The notes below the pieces were generated by a model that saw nothing but the letters and a program-made list of their open reading frames with translations, did not search any database and was not told where the DNA came from. From positions 3,392,001-3,456,000 of the forward strand of contig OY969696.1 of the NCBI GenBank assembly GCA_963702005.1: a DNA stretch of 64,000 bases. Direction: 5' to 3'. Position numbers and translations under genes: made by a program. The stretch is from Candidatus Aminicenantes bacterium (GTDB lineage: Bacteria > Acidobacteriota > Aminicenantia > Aminicenantales > JAFGBC01). Below are positions 39,990 through 49,297 of this stretch, in pieces. Within the stretch, counting starts at the first letter, position 1; every line of letters begins with the position of its first letter.

Positions 39990-42377
39990 ATGGGATTCAT
40001 GAAGAAATATCTGTCTCCAACTCTGAGCGTTTTGAGCTGGATCCTGTTCGTCCTGCTCATGTTCTATTGGTTCAAGGATAACATCCCGCCCCTGAAACCC
40101 ATCCCGGGGAGCCCCCTCCTTCCGTTTCTGCTCCTCGGGGCCGTCGGGCTGGCCCGGATCGTCCTGTCCTTTCGAAACGGAACGCTCTCGATCCGGTTCA
40201 GACCGGAACGGACGGCCTGGATCCTCGCCGCGATACTTCTTCTCGCCGTGCTCGTCCGTTTCCCCTTTCTCATCCACGGCTCCGGGATCCTCACCAGTGA
40301 CGATGCCATCCCGGCCCTGATGGGGAAGCATATCGCCGAAGGGAAAGTCCCTCCGATTTCTTACTACGGACAGCTCTACCTGGGCTCGACGACGAGCCAT
40401 GTCTTCGGCCTGGCCTTCAAATGCTTTGGGTATTCCATTTTCGTCCTCCTCTCGACGACCCTGCTCTTTTATCTGGGATTCATAGCGGTTCAGTTCGTCT
40501 TCCTCAAGGAGATTTTTTCTCTTGAGTTCGCCGTCGTCGCCGGACTTTTCTATTCCCTTCCCATCGGGGATTTTGACCGAGTCAGCATCGGCGATACGGC
40601 CGCCTACCCCCTCGTGCTTCTGCTCGGGGCCACCCTCCTGTTCCTGTCCTATCGGATCGCCTGGAAGAAGGAGGAACGCTGGCTGGGCCTTTTCGGATTT
40701 CTATCCGGCATCGCCTTTTGGACTCACCAGGCTGCGTTCGGCTGCATCCTAACGGCCTGGCTGGCCGTCCTCCTTTGGCGGAAGCCGAGCCTGAAAAGAA
40801 TGGCCGTTCTCATTTGTTCCGCCCTGGTGGGTCTGTTCCCGCTCCTGATGCAGGAAGTCTATGATCGCTTTCATATGGCCCGGTTCCTGACCGCAGGTAA
40901 GATGGAGCCGCCCAACCTGGACAAGCTTGCTCACATGGTCGATTATTTAAGGAAACTCCTGTCATCCTCGAGACATCCTTTGGCCTTCTTTTTTGTTCTT
41001 CTCCTCTTCGCCGGGTTTGGGATTCTGGTCGTCCAGGCTCTCCGCAAACGAGAAGACCAGCCCCGGGCTCTGTTCGCCCTTTTTTTTGCGCTGTTTTTCG
41101 GGTTGTATCTGTTCTCAGGATTCAGCAATAGAGATGCCATTCGCTATCTCTATCCTTCGTACATCTGCCTGCCGATCCTCCTCTTCGGCGGGCTTTGGCT
41201 CTTCCGGTCGCGCTGGAAGGTCTATGCTTCCGCCGCAATCCTCTTGCTCCTCATTGTCAGCAATGGACAGAGAGCCCACTCTCGCTACATGACGATAAAG
41301 AGCGACAGCCTTCACCGTCGTCAGGTTGTTGCGGCCATGGAGGCTACCGGCGTCAAGTACTGGCAGGCGAACTATTGGGCGGCCTACGCGCTCACGGCAA
41401 TTGCCGGGGAGAAGGTCGTCGTCGATGCCTATACCGTGACCCGCTATTATCCTTACCACCTGGACTATTTCAACCAGGGCCGGCGCGGAGCCTTCGTCTT
41501 TCTGAAAGATGGGCCAGAAACATCCAGAGCTTCGGCCTTGGTCGAACTCCTCAGGAGCCTGGGCGTCCCATTCCATGAAAAGGATATCGACGGGACCCGG
41601 CTCATATACGGCCTGGAAAGTCAGGTTTTCAACCCTCCTTTATTAGATGGCTTCATCAAGGAAATTCCTCCGCGCCTGCCGACGGTCAGGCTCGAAGAGA
41701 CGAAAATGGCCGAGGGATATCTCCGTCTCTCGTTCAGGACGGATCCCGGCGACGAGCCCGCGCCCGGTTTTCAAGTCCGGACCGGGATCCCCCCTTTCAG
41801 TTCCCAAACGAGGAACCTGAGCCCTAAACCCGAGGACAACCGGTTCAAGCTCGCTCTTCCCCAGAAAGAGGCCTTTACGGCCGTCTATGATCTCGAGTAC
41901 TACGGGCTCAAGATTCCCGCCTCGGTCCGCACGATTTCCTTGGGCCTTCCCACAAAGAGCGCGGTCCTGAGGAATGATCGGATCGTCTTTCTGACCGGCA
42001 TCGGCCCGAGAACGACTTTCTTCGGTCCTGAGATGAAGGTTCTTGAGAAGGAGGTCCGGATCGAGCTCAACCGGCTTAGGAAAAAGAGGATGAAAGTGAG
42101 GCTTGCGCTCTTTTCTCCCCTGGAATTCGAACACACCTTCTGGTACGGCCATTATGCTCAACGACTAAAAATCTTCATTAATGGAAATCTCTGCGCCGAA
42201 AAAACGCTTCATGACAAAGATAATCTCATCGAGATCGATATCGACCCCGGCCGGATTCTGCCGAACCAGAACCTCATGACCCTGGTGTTCGACTATCATC
42301 TCCCGCTGATATTCGCCCCTCTGTCGATGACGGCCTGCCTTCTCGAATCGATCGCCGTCGAAGAGGACCGTTCGTAG
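39990..42377 (+). CDS. GT-C superfamily (ArnT/PMT-like) polytopic membrane glycosyltransferase with periplasmic C-terminal domains
   Basis: SDDA acidic motif after the N-terminal TMs, YYGQLYLG, about 13 hydrophobic segments, RYLYP, ANYWAAY. Start at 39990 or 39999. Confidence 0.72.
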   Translation: MGFMKKYLSPTLSVLSWILFVLLMFYWFKDNIPPLKPIPGSPLLPFLLLGAVGLARIVLSFRNGTLSIRFRPERTAWILAAILLLAVLVRFPFLIHGSGILTSDDAIPALMGKHIAEGKVPPISYYGQLYLGSTTSHVFGLAFKCFGYSIFVLLSTTLLFYLGFIAVQFVFLKEIFSLEFAVVAGLFYSLPIGDFDRVSIGDTAAYPLVLLLGATLLFLSYRIAWKKEERWLGLFGFLSGIAFWTHQAAFGCILTAWLAVLLWRKPSLKRMAVLICSALVGLFPLLMQEVYDRFHMARFLTAGKMEPPNLDKLAHMVDYLRKLLSSSRHPLAFFFVLLLFAGFGILVVQALRKREDQPRALFALFFALFFGLYLFSGFSNRDAIRYLYPSYICLPILLFGGLWLFRSRWKVYASAAILLLLIVSNGQRAHSRYMTIKSDSLHRRQVVAAMEATGVKYWQANYWAAYALTAIAGEKVVVDAYTVTRYYPYHLDYFNQGRRGAFVFLKDGPETSRASALVELLRSLGVPFHEKDIDGTRLIYGLESQVFNPPLLDGFIKEIPPRLPTVRLEETKMAEGYLRLSFRTDPGDEPAPGFQVRTGIPPFSSQTRNLSPKPEDNRFKLALPQKEAFTAVYDLEYYGLKIPASVRTISLGLPTKSAVLRNDRIVFLTGIGPRTTFFGPEMKVLEKEVRIELNRLRKKRMKVRLALFSPLEFEHTFWYGHYAQRLKIFINGNLCAEKTLHDKDNLIEIDIDPGRILPNQNLMTLVFDYHLPLIFAPLSMTACLLESIAVEEDRS

Positions 42378-42448
42378 GGCCGAGGACGGTTCGGACTCCA
42401 ATTCGAGACCGAGCTCTTTTCCTCGTGCGTCTCAGGCTCATGGAACGA

Positions 42449-42592
42449 CTTTCACCCCCAATTGCATTTTCTGGTGAGCGAGGGCGGGGATGACTCCTCC
42501 TCAAACTCACTTTTGTCGCGGACAAGCCCCCGCCCTCCAGCGCAGCTTTCCAGGAATATTTGATGGCCGTATTATCCATGACGATGGAATGA
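42449..42592 (+). pseudogene. IS91-family transposase relic B
   Basis: FHPQLHFLVSEGG (36/40 nt identical to relic A), followed by LKLTFVADKPPP, a C-terminus-like segment. Confidence 0.55.
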
Positions 42593-42630
42593 GGAAAAAA
42601 AGCGCAGGGACGCTCAAACCCGAATTCGCG

Positions 42631-43413
42631 TTAGCGCCGGTCCATGGCCAGGTGGCATAGGTAAATCAACTTGCAGGTGATCTCAAGCGCCTCCCGGGGT
42701 GAAGCGGCGGGCAGATCGGTCTTAAAGGGCTTGGTCAGCCGCTCATCGAAGATGGCCTGCGGGAACCACTCCCGGAGTTTTGCGCTGACGATATGGAAGT
42801 TGGCCGGGACGGAGGAGGTCAGCCGGGGGCCTAGGAAAGCGTAGTCGATGTGGTTCGGGGACATCTCGATGCGGGGATGGGGGGATCTCCTGTCATAAAC
42901 CTTTACGAAGTCATCCACTTGGAACGCTTCTCTGCTGGACTTTTTCGTGACCCGGCGCATGATGGGGAATCCTCCCATCAGCACAGTCGCCGGCACGTTG
43001 ATCTTGATCTTCGTGGTTGAAATCTCTGCTCGCGTATGACTCCGCATCCTTCCCTTCAAAATCAAGAATATGTCGCCGGTCTCGACTTTCGATTCTCGGC
43101 CAATCTTGTCACGGAATAGGACTTCTCCCTCTCCGGGTTTCAAGGTATGCGCCACGAAGCCGGCTGAGTGGCTCCGAAGCTCCGAATCCCTGCACACGAA
43201 TGCGACAAGACCCGCATCCCTGATGTTTCGAGCGATCGAATTCGCCCGGTCGATATCGGTGTCGTGAGCGATGATTCGAGGAATGTCCCCGGCCAGGAGA
43301 AGTCGCGTGTCAAAGATCTCCTTGCCCACGAGCGAAGCCACCATCTTCGCGACGTCGGCATCGAGGGATTTCGGGGGAACGACGGCGACATGAACTATCT
43401 CCGATTGACTCAT
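42631..43413 (-). CDS. Hypothetical protein
   Basis: 260-aa ORF with upstream AGGGG-type RBS. No family recognised. Confidence 0.6.
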   Translation of the reverse strand: MSQSEIVHVAVVPPKSLDADVAKMVASLVGKEIFDTRLLLAGDIPRIIAHDTDIDRANSIARNIRDAGLVAFVCRDSELRSHSAGFVAHTLKPGEGEVLFRDKIGRESKVETGDIFLILKGRMRSHTRAEISTTKIKINVPATVLMGGFPIMRRVTKKSSREAFQVDDFVKVYDRRSPHPRIEMSPNHIDYAFLGPRLTSSVPANFHIVSAKLREWFPQAIFDERLTKPFKTDLPAASPREALEITCKLIYLCHLAMDRR

Positions 43414-43620
43414 TGGTGCATTTTTCCCCTCTCAATGTACCATCTGTAAAGTTAAATTTTCAATCTTTCGGAGTGAACTCCGTTTCCGGTCCATTTTCCT
43501 GGCAAGTTTAAAATTATAAAGTTGCCCAGTGAGTCTGAGCCTACTTGTAAAAAAGCCTGTTTTTGCGCCAAAAAAAGTTGAAAAGGACCCAAAAACGCTC
43601 TTAAATTGTCGCCATTTCTA

Positions 43621-43652
43621 TTGATATTAATTAGATAGTTCGGTCCGACCCC
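43621..43652 (-). repeat. GGGGTCGGACC-headed repeat, copy 1 (points left)
   Basis: Reverse complement GGGGTCGGACCGAACTATCTAATTAATATCAA matches 46835..46866 at 24/32 nt. Confidence 0.6.
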
Positions 43653-43741
43653 AAATAATTTTTCAAGATTCCCATTTGCCGCGAATCGGACTAAAATGAG
43701 AACAATGCTTTGATTGAAACGGGTTTCCCTCCGGAGGCATC

Positions 43742-44515
43742 ATGACACTCAAGAAAAAACTGACCTTGGGCTTGGGGTTCTTGTTCCTCATTATCTTTGT
43801 CCTGGTGATTTTCTATTCGTATTATATCGGCAAGCTCTCGCAAGACGCCGAGAACATCCTGAAAGATAACTATAAATCCCTGGTCTACTCCAAAAACATG
43901 ATCTCGGCCCTCGAGGACATGCGGACGGCCATCGGCAGCATCGTCTTCAACCCGACCGACGATAAAAAGACCTCCGACTACTACCTGAAGCTCTTTGAAG
44001 CCGGCAGGACCGAATTCGAGAACAACCTCAAGTCCGAAAACAGCAACATCACCGAGATCCATGAAAGGGAATATGCGGCCACGATCAACCAGGGTTATGC
44101 TTTGTACGCGAACCTCTGCCATCGGATCGTCAAGGGGGAGGGAGGCCGCGCCCTGTATTTCAACGAAAACCAGCCGGCCTTTGAAACGCTCAGGCATGCC
44201 ATCAACTCCATCAACGATATCAACATGCAGGCGGTCGAGCGCAAGAGCCAGATGACGAAACGCGATTCGGCCAGGATCATCGACCTCATGGCTGTCATAG
44301 GGATCTTCTGCCTCATCCTGGCGTTCGTCTATTTTTGGTACTTCCCGTTCTACATATCCAATTCGATCGCCTATCTCTCCGGCAGGATGAAGGAGCTCCT
44401 GAAGAAGTCCGATATCATCCTCGACATCAAGACGAACGACGAGACCTACATCATTCTGCAGGCCATCAACTTGCTGGAAAACGAGCTGGACGGAAAGGAC
44501 AAAAAGAAGCATTAG
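43742..44515 (+). CDS. Stand-alone 2-TM four-helix-bundle (4HB_MCP-like) sensor protein without output domain
   Basis: MTLKKKLTLGLGFLF TM, ILKDNYKSL, NITE..E, second TM, degenerate HAMP-like tail (NDE..IL..IN). Confidence 0.72.
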   Translation: MTLKKKLTLGLGFLFLIIFVLVIFYSYYIGKLSQDAENILKDNYKSLVYSKNMISALEDMRTAIGSIVFNPTDDKKTSDYYLKLFEAGRTEFENNLKSENSNITEIHEREYAATINQGYALYANLCHRIVKGEGGRALYFNENQPAFETLRHAINSINDINMQAVERKSQMTKRDSARIIDLMAVIGIFCLILAFVYFWYFPFYISNSIAYLSGRMKELLKKSDIILDIKTNDETYIILQAINLLENELDGKDKKKH

Positions 44516-44701
44516 AAATCGAGAGCTGGGATTTTTGGGCCGGGCCGCCCCCACGTTAGGAATTAGACTGACTCTCCAATATTAAAATCCCGTTCGGACG
44601 AACAAAAATCCCGGATGTGACTTTCGCATGGCAAAGCGAAGAGAGGTATGGGATGGTAACGCCGATGATATGATGTGGAATACGAGTCAGGGAGGTCAAT
44701 C

Positions 44702-46687
44702 ATGAGGAATTTGAAAATCGAATCAGCGGGCGGGCAATTCAAGGGTATCGGGCTGACGCTCGCACTTGTCTTTATAGGAAGTTTCATCGAGGGGCAGGCG
44801 TGGGCTGGAAAGACGGCCAAGCGTCAAGACCCGGCGGCGCGAGCGATCATCGCCGGGAAAGCCGTGCCGCAGACGAAAAGCGCGGAATCAGGGGCCGACT
44901 CGACAGGTGTCATCGACCTTCCCAAGGCCGCGTCGGCACCCGCCATCGACGGCAAGCTCGATGATCCTGCCTGGGCTTCCGCCAGGAAATTCACGGATTT
45001 CGTGACGCTTCATCCGATTGCCGGCCTCGCGCCATCGGAGAAAACCAAGGTCTTCCTCACCTATGATGCGCAAGCGATCTATGTCGGTTTCGAATGCTCC
45101 GACTCGGAGCCCTCCAAGATCAAAACCGGCGCGGGCGAAGTCGACAACCCCCGGTCCGACGACTGGGCCGCATTCTGTCTTGACCCCTACGGCGATGCCC
45201 TGGGCGCGTTCTTTTTCATGCTGACTCCCGCCGGCATCCCGACCGATGGAACCCTGGCCACGACCGGGTCCCCATCTCCGACGTTCAACACCAAATGGAC
45301 GAGCGCGGTCCGTCTCAGCGACCGCGGCTACACGGCGGAAATGGCCATACCCTGGGACAGCATTCCCCACGGCGGACGCACCGACGCGGTGATGAGCTTC
45401 AAGGCCGCGCGCTTCATCAGCCGGAAAGAGGAGGAGGACGACTGGCCGCGAATCGACCCCGAGCTCCAGCCTCACCTGTCTCAATTACGGAAGATATCGG
45501 TGGCGGGCATCGCGGCCGGCCGGCCCGCGACGGCGCCCATCATGGACGTCATGGATCGCTATCGCGGCAAGGTTGAAGCAAGCCGGCGGCACGACACGAG
45601 CACCATGAACGGCAGGGCCGCGGCCTGGGGGGACGCCTCGGTCATCGATTATCTCATGTTTCCGTCGCACGCTCTCAAGGCGTCGCCTGAGCCCTACCGC
45701 TTCAAATCGCGGCTGGAAACGGCCCGGGTCAAGTCCGCGTTCGAGGGGCTGACCTATCTCGACGGCCGGCGGGTCGGCGACCTGGAGGACCTGCTCAGGC
45801 GAACGCTCTCGGCTTCGTTCATCGTGATCCGGGACGGAGCCGTCGTCTATGAAAACTATTTCAACGGATACGGCCGCGATTCGATGTGCACCTCGTTCTC
45901 CGTGGCCAAGTCCTTCGCCTCGACCCTGGTCGGGATCGCCGTCGCTGAGGGCAAGATCGGGAGCGTCGAAGATCCGATAACGAAGTACCTCCCGGAGCTC
46001 AAGGCGCGCGACCCCCGCTTCAAGCCGATCACGATCAAGGACCTCGTCTCGATGCGCTCCGGGCTCCGCTATAGCGAGGACGACCGCTACCGCGATAACG
46101 AGATCACTTACATAGCGCCCGACCTGAGACAAGCCGCGCTCCGGCAGACCGAAGTCGTCGAGGCGCCGGGCGGCCGCTTCCTCTACAACAACTACAACCC
46201 GCTGCTTGTGGGGATGATCCTCGAGCGGGCCACGGGCCGGAGCGTCGCCGCCTATCTCCAGGACAAGCTCTGGACGCCGCTCGGCATGGAGTTCGACGGC
46301 TCGTGGAGCACGGACAGCGAGGCGAGCGGCTTCGAGAAGATGGAGAGCGGGATTAACGCCCGCTCGATCGACTTCGCCAAGCTCGGTCAGCTCTTTCTTG
46401 ACGAGGGTCGGCGGGGAGGCACGCCGATCGTCTCGGCGCGCTGGGTCGCCGAGGCGACCCAGCCCGAGGGCAAGCGTGTTTCGCCCGAGGGCGCTTACTA
46501 CGGCTATTTCTGGTGGGGGCTCAAGAGGGACGGCGGCAAGAGCGATTTCTTCGGGTTGGGAAACAAGGGCCAGCTCCTTTATGTCTGCCCGCAGAAGAAG
46601 CTCGTCATCCTCCGCAACGGGATCGAATACGGGATGCCCTCCGAAGTCTGGGAGCGCCTGTTCTACGATTTCGCCTCGAAATATTGA
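44702..46687 (+). CDS. Serine hydrolase (class C beta-lactamase family) fused to an N-terminal CBM9-like sugar-binding domain
   Basis: APAIDGKLDDPAW...YD..AIYV...YTAEMAIPW (CBM9-like), SFSVAKS (SxxK), YNN (YxN), YGYFWW. Confidence 0.8.
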   Translation: MRNLKIESAGGQFKGIGLTLALVFIGSFIEGQAWAGKTAKRQDPAARAIIAGKAVPQTKSAESGADSTGVIDLPKAASAPAIDGKLDDPAWASARKFTDFVTLHPIAGLAPSEKTKVFLTYDAQAIYVGFECSDSEPSKIKTGAGEVDNPRSDDWAAFCLDPYGDALGAFFFMLTPAGIPTDGTLATTGSPSPTFNTKWTSAVRLSDRGYTAEMAIPWDSIPHGGRTDAVMSFKAARFISRKEEEDDWPRIDPELQPHLSQLRKISVAGIAAGRPATAPIMDVMDRYRGKVEASRRHDTSTMNGRAAAWGDASVIDYLMFPSHALKASPEPYRFKSRLETARVKSAFEGLTYLDGRRVGDLEDLLRRTLSASFIVIRDGAVVYENYFNGYGRDSMCTSFSVAKSFASTLVGIAVAEGKIGSVEDPITKYLPELKARDPRFKPITIKDLVSMRSGLRYSEDDRYRDNEITYIAPDLRQAALRQTEVVEAPGGRFLYNNYNPLLVGMILERATGRSVAAYLQDKLWTPLGMEFDGSWSTDSEASGFEKMESGINARSIDFAKLGQLFLDEGRRGGTPIVSARWVAEATQPEGKRVSPEGAYYGYFWWGLKRDGGKSDFFGLGNKGQLLYVCPQKKLVILRNGIEYGMPSEVWERLFYDFASKY

Positions 46688-46737
46688 TGGAGGACGCTAT
46701 CGGCCCTCACGACTTCAGAGGCCTTGGGAGAAACGAG

Positions 46738-46860
46738 ATGAAAGCTGCGACGATCGCCTTGCACGCCGTGCTCACTCTAATCCTATCGGCCTGGCCCGCG
46801 TTCGCCCAGGACCCCCAGGACCCATCAGACCTAGGGGGTCGGACCAAGTTAACATATTGA
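46738..46860 (+). pseudogene. Truncated secreted-protein gene (signal peptide only)
   Basis: GGGAG RBS, then MKAATIALHAVLTLILSAWPAFA-QDPQDPSD, which runs into the GGGGTCGGACC repeat. Confidence 0.5.
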
Positions 46861-46866
46861 TATTAA
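46835..46866 (+). repeat. GGGGTCGGACC-headed repeat, copy 2 (points right)
   Basis: GGGGTCGGACCAAGTTAACATATTGATATTAA, inverted relative to 43621..43652. Confidence 0.6.
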
Positions 46867-47037
46867 ATAAGCTAAATGCGTTTTAATGCCGTATTTCTTG
46901 CTTGAATTGATATTTCGGGGTCCAGAAAAGGAGAAATAAAGAGGTTCTTACCGCCTTGAAATCTCCCAATTTCTCTGATACGATTAAATTCACAATCTTC
47001 GATCGCCGCCTCAATTCCATATCTGTGTCGAGCCGAG

Positions 47038-48411
47038 ATGACAAAAAAAAATATCCTCGCGCCTCTTAAGAAGATCCGGGTCAAGGCCTCCCTGTTTGTC
47101 CTCCTGCTCCTCGTCTCGACCTCCCTCGCCTTCTCCCTCATCACCCTCCGGATCATGAACCGACGCGTCCTTGACGAGGTCAGCAAGCGGGCCGAAACCC
47201 TCTGCCGGGGCACTGCTTCTACGGCCGGCTATACTCTCATCTCCCAGGACCTCCTGGGGCTCGACAACATCGTTTACAGGATCAAGACGTCCAGCCCCGA
47301 TATTGTGTACGTGGCCATCGTCGACCTGGACGGAAAAATCCTGGTGCACAGCGACACAAAAAGGACGGGCGAACCGTTCCGGCCGGCCGCCGGCAGACTC
47401 TTGCGCAAGGCCGCGGACGGGACCACGATCGTCGAGATCACCGGTTCAATACGGGGGCTGCTCGAGGTCCGGACGCCAGTCGTTTTCCTAGAGAAGCCCC
47501 TCGGCTCGGTCGTCCTGGCCGTCAACAAGGCCGTCCTAATCGAGGCCCAGCGGGAGGCCAGGAACAGAATTCTCTTGGTCTTCGGCCTTCTCCTCCTCGT
47601 TGGTGTGGCCAGTAGCGTCCTGTTGACGTCGGTCCTGACCAAGCCCGTCCGGGAACTTTCGGCCGGAGTGGCCGAACTCAAGGAGGGCAAGCGAAGACGG
47701 CCTCTGCGGGTTTATTCCCAGGATGAGCTCGGCCGGCTGACCGAGAGCTTTAACGACATGACGGCGCTGATCACGGCCCAAAAAGACACTCTGAGCCGAA
47801 ATGCCCAGGACTTGGAAGAGGCCTACGTCTCGACGGTACGGGTGTTGGCCGCAGCTATCGACGCCCGGGATACTTATACCCTCGGCCACTCGACTCGGGT
47901 CGCCCAGCTCTCGCTGGACCTCGGCCGGGGCCTTGACCTCAACCCCGCCCAGCTTGAGGAGCTTGAGATCGCCTGCCTTTTCCATGACGTCGGAAAGATC
48001 AAGATCCCCGATTCGATACTCCTCAAAAAGGGCAAACTCGACACCAGCGAGCAGCGGGAGATGATGAGACACCCCGAATACGGCGCCGAGATTCTGTCCA
48101 AGGCCCGGTCGCTGCTGAAATACATTCCGGCCGTACGGCACCACCATGAATGGTATAACGGCACCGGCTATCCGGACGGGTTGAGCGGCCCAAAGATACC
48201 GTTGGCCGCGGCCATCATCTCCCTGGCCGATATCTATGACGCTATGACCTCGGACCGGCCGTATCGTCGCGCTCTCAGCGATGAGGAAGCTCAGGCCGAG
48301 ATCGCTGGATTGGCCGGAAAGCAGTTCGACCCGGAGCTGGCGGCCCGGTTCGTTGACCTATTGAAAAGAAGACGCCCGATGCCGTCCGCGGGCCTGGTGA
48401 ATAGCGGATGA
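47038..48411 (+). CDS. Membrane HD-GYP phosphodiesterase with periplasmic sensor and HAMP domain
   Basis: Two TMs, HAMP (DELGRL..SFN.M), GHSTRV, HDVGK, HHHEWYNGTGYPDGL, DAMTSDRPYR. Confidence 0.9.
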   Translation: MTKKNILAPLKKIRVKASLFVLLLLVSTSLAFSLITLRIMNRRVLDEVSKRAETLCRGTASTAGYTLISQDLLGLDNIVYRIKTSSPDIVYVAIVDLDGKILVHSDTKRTGEPFRPAAGRLLRKAADGTTIVEITGSIRGLLEVRTPVVFLEKPLGSVVLAVNKAVLIEAQREARNRILLVFGLLLLVGVASSVLLTSVLTKPVRELSAGVAELKEGKRRRPLRVYSQDELGRLTESFNDMTALITAQKDTLSRNAQDLEEAYVSTVRVLAAAIDARDTYTLGHSTRVAQLSLDLGRGLDLNPAQLEELEIACLFHDVGKIKIPDSILLKKGKLDTSEQREMMRHPEYGAEILSKARSLLKYIPAVRHHHEWYNGTGYPDGLSGPKIPLAAAIISLADIYDAMTSDRPYRRALSDEEAQAEIAGLAGKQFDPELAARFVDLLKRRRPMPSAGLVNSG

Positions 48412-49253
48412 GTGCCAGACTCGTTAGATTGCTCCTGGTCGCCGCCGTGATCGGGCTTTTCCTCTTTTCCTGCGCTCCCCCCCAAAAGCCCAGCCTCAAA
48501 GACACGGCGCGGGCTCAGAGGCGCCTCGCCAGGGACGATATTAAAGGGGCGCTGGATTCCTTCGCTGCGATCGCCAAGCGCTATCCAGACGACAAGGTCG
48601 TCCTCAAAAAATATGCCGCAGCTGTCGAAAAGATGAAGGCCCGGGCCGACAAGTGGTTCACAGAGAAAGATTTCGATGCCGCCGAAAAGACCTACTCCCT
48701 CCTCCTCGCGAATTTCCACCTCTTTATAGGGTTTGAAAAATCGCTGCCGTTCGGGCCGGGGTTCCTGAGCCAGCGTGTCCTTCAATGCCAAGAATATTCG
48801 AGCGAGCGGCGGGCCCGCCAGGCGCTTGCCGAGGGCGACTACCTGAAGGCGCTGGACGGTTTCAAGGTCCTGCCGCCGGAAGTCCTCCGAGATCCGGCTT
48901 TATCCCCCGGTCTGCGGCGAATCATGGAAGAGATCAAGGGTTTGGCCGATAAGGCCCTCGCCAGGAAAGACTTCGTGGCCGCCGGCAAAGGCTACGCCGT
49001 GCTCTGGCGAGAGTCCCCGATGGCCCAGCAGGCCGGTCTTTCTCTCTCGTTCTCCAGGGATGACCTGGACGAGGGGGTGAAGGAGTGCCGCACTCAGCTC
49101 ACCCGGGAGGGCCTGGACCAATACAGAAAGGGGAACCTAAAAAAAGCCATCGTCATCTGGCAGGGCCTGCTTCAGTTCGACCCCGATAACGCCGAGATCC
49201 GGAAAGCCGTCGATACGGCCACCGAGCAGCTCAAGAAATTAGGGGACAGCTGA
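48408..49253 (+). CDS. TPR-repeat lipoprotein
   Basis: Lipobox LFSC, TPR-like GLDQYRKGNLKKAI..W..LLQFDPDN. ATGA overlap with the HD-GYP gene. Confidence 0.75.
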   Translation: MSARLVRLLLVAAVIGLFLFSCAPPQKPSLKDTARAQRRLARDDIKGALDSFAAIAKRYPDDKVVLKKYAAAVEKMKARADKWFTEKDFDAAEKTYSLLLANFHLFIGFEKSLPFGPGFLSQRVLQCQEYSSERRARQALAEGDYLKALDGFKVLPPEVLRDPALSPGLRRIMEEIKGLADKALARKDFVAAGKGYAVLWRESPMAQQAGLSLSFSRDDLDEGVKECRTQLTREGLDQYRKGNLKKAIVIWQGLLQFDPDNAEIRKAVDTATEQLKKLGDS

Positions 49254-49297
49254 AAACAGTTCGTCAACCTTCATCCCGCCCCCGTTATCCCCAATCC

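Noticed and set aside
44528-44640. Riboswitch or integron attC site in the spacer (GGGATTTTTG/CAAAAATCCC inverted repeat, GTTAGG)
   Set aside because: It lacks c-di-GMP riboswitch consensus elements and the RYYYAAC...GTTRRRY pairing. A 10-bp IR alone is insufficient.
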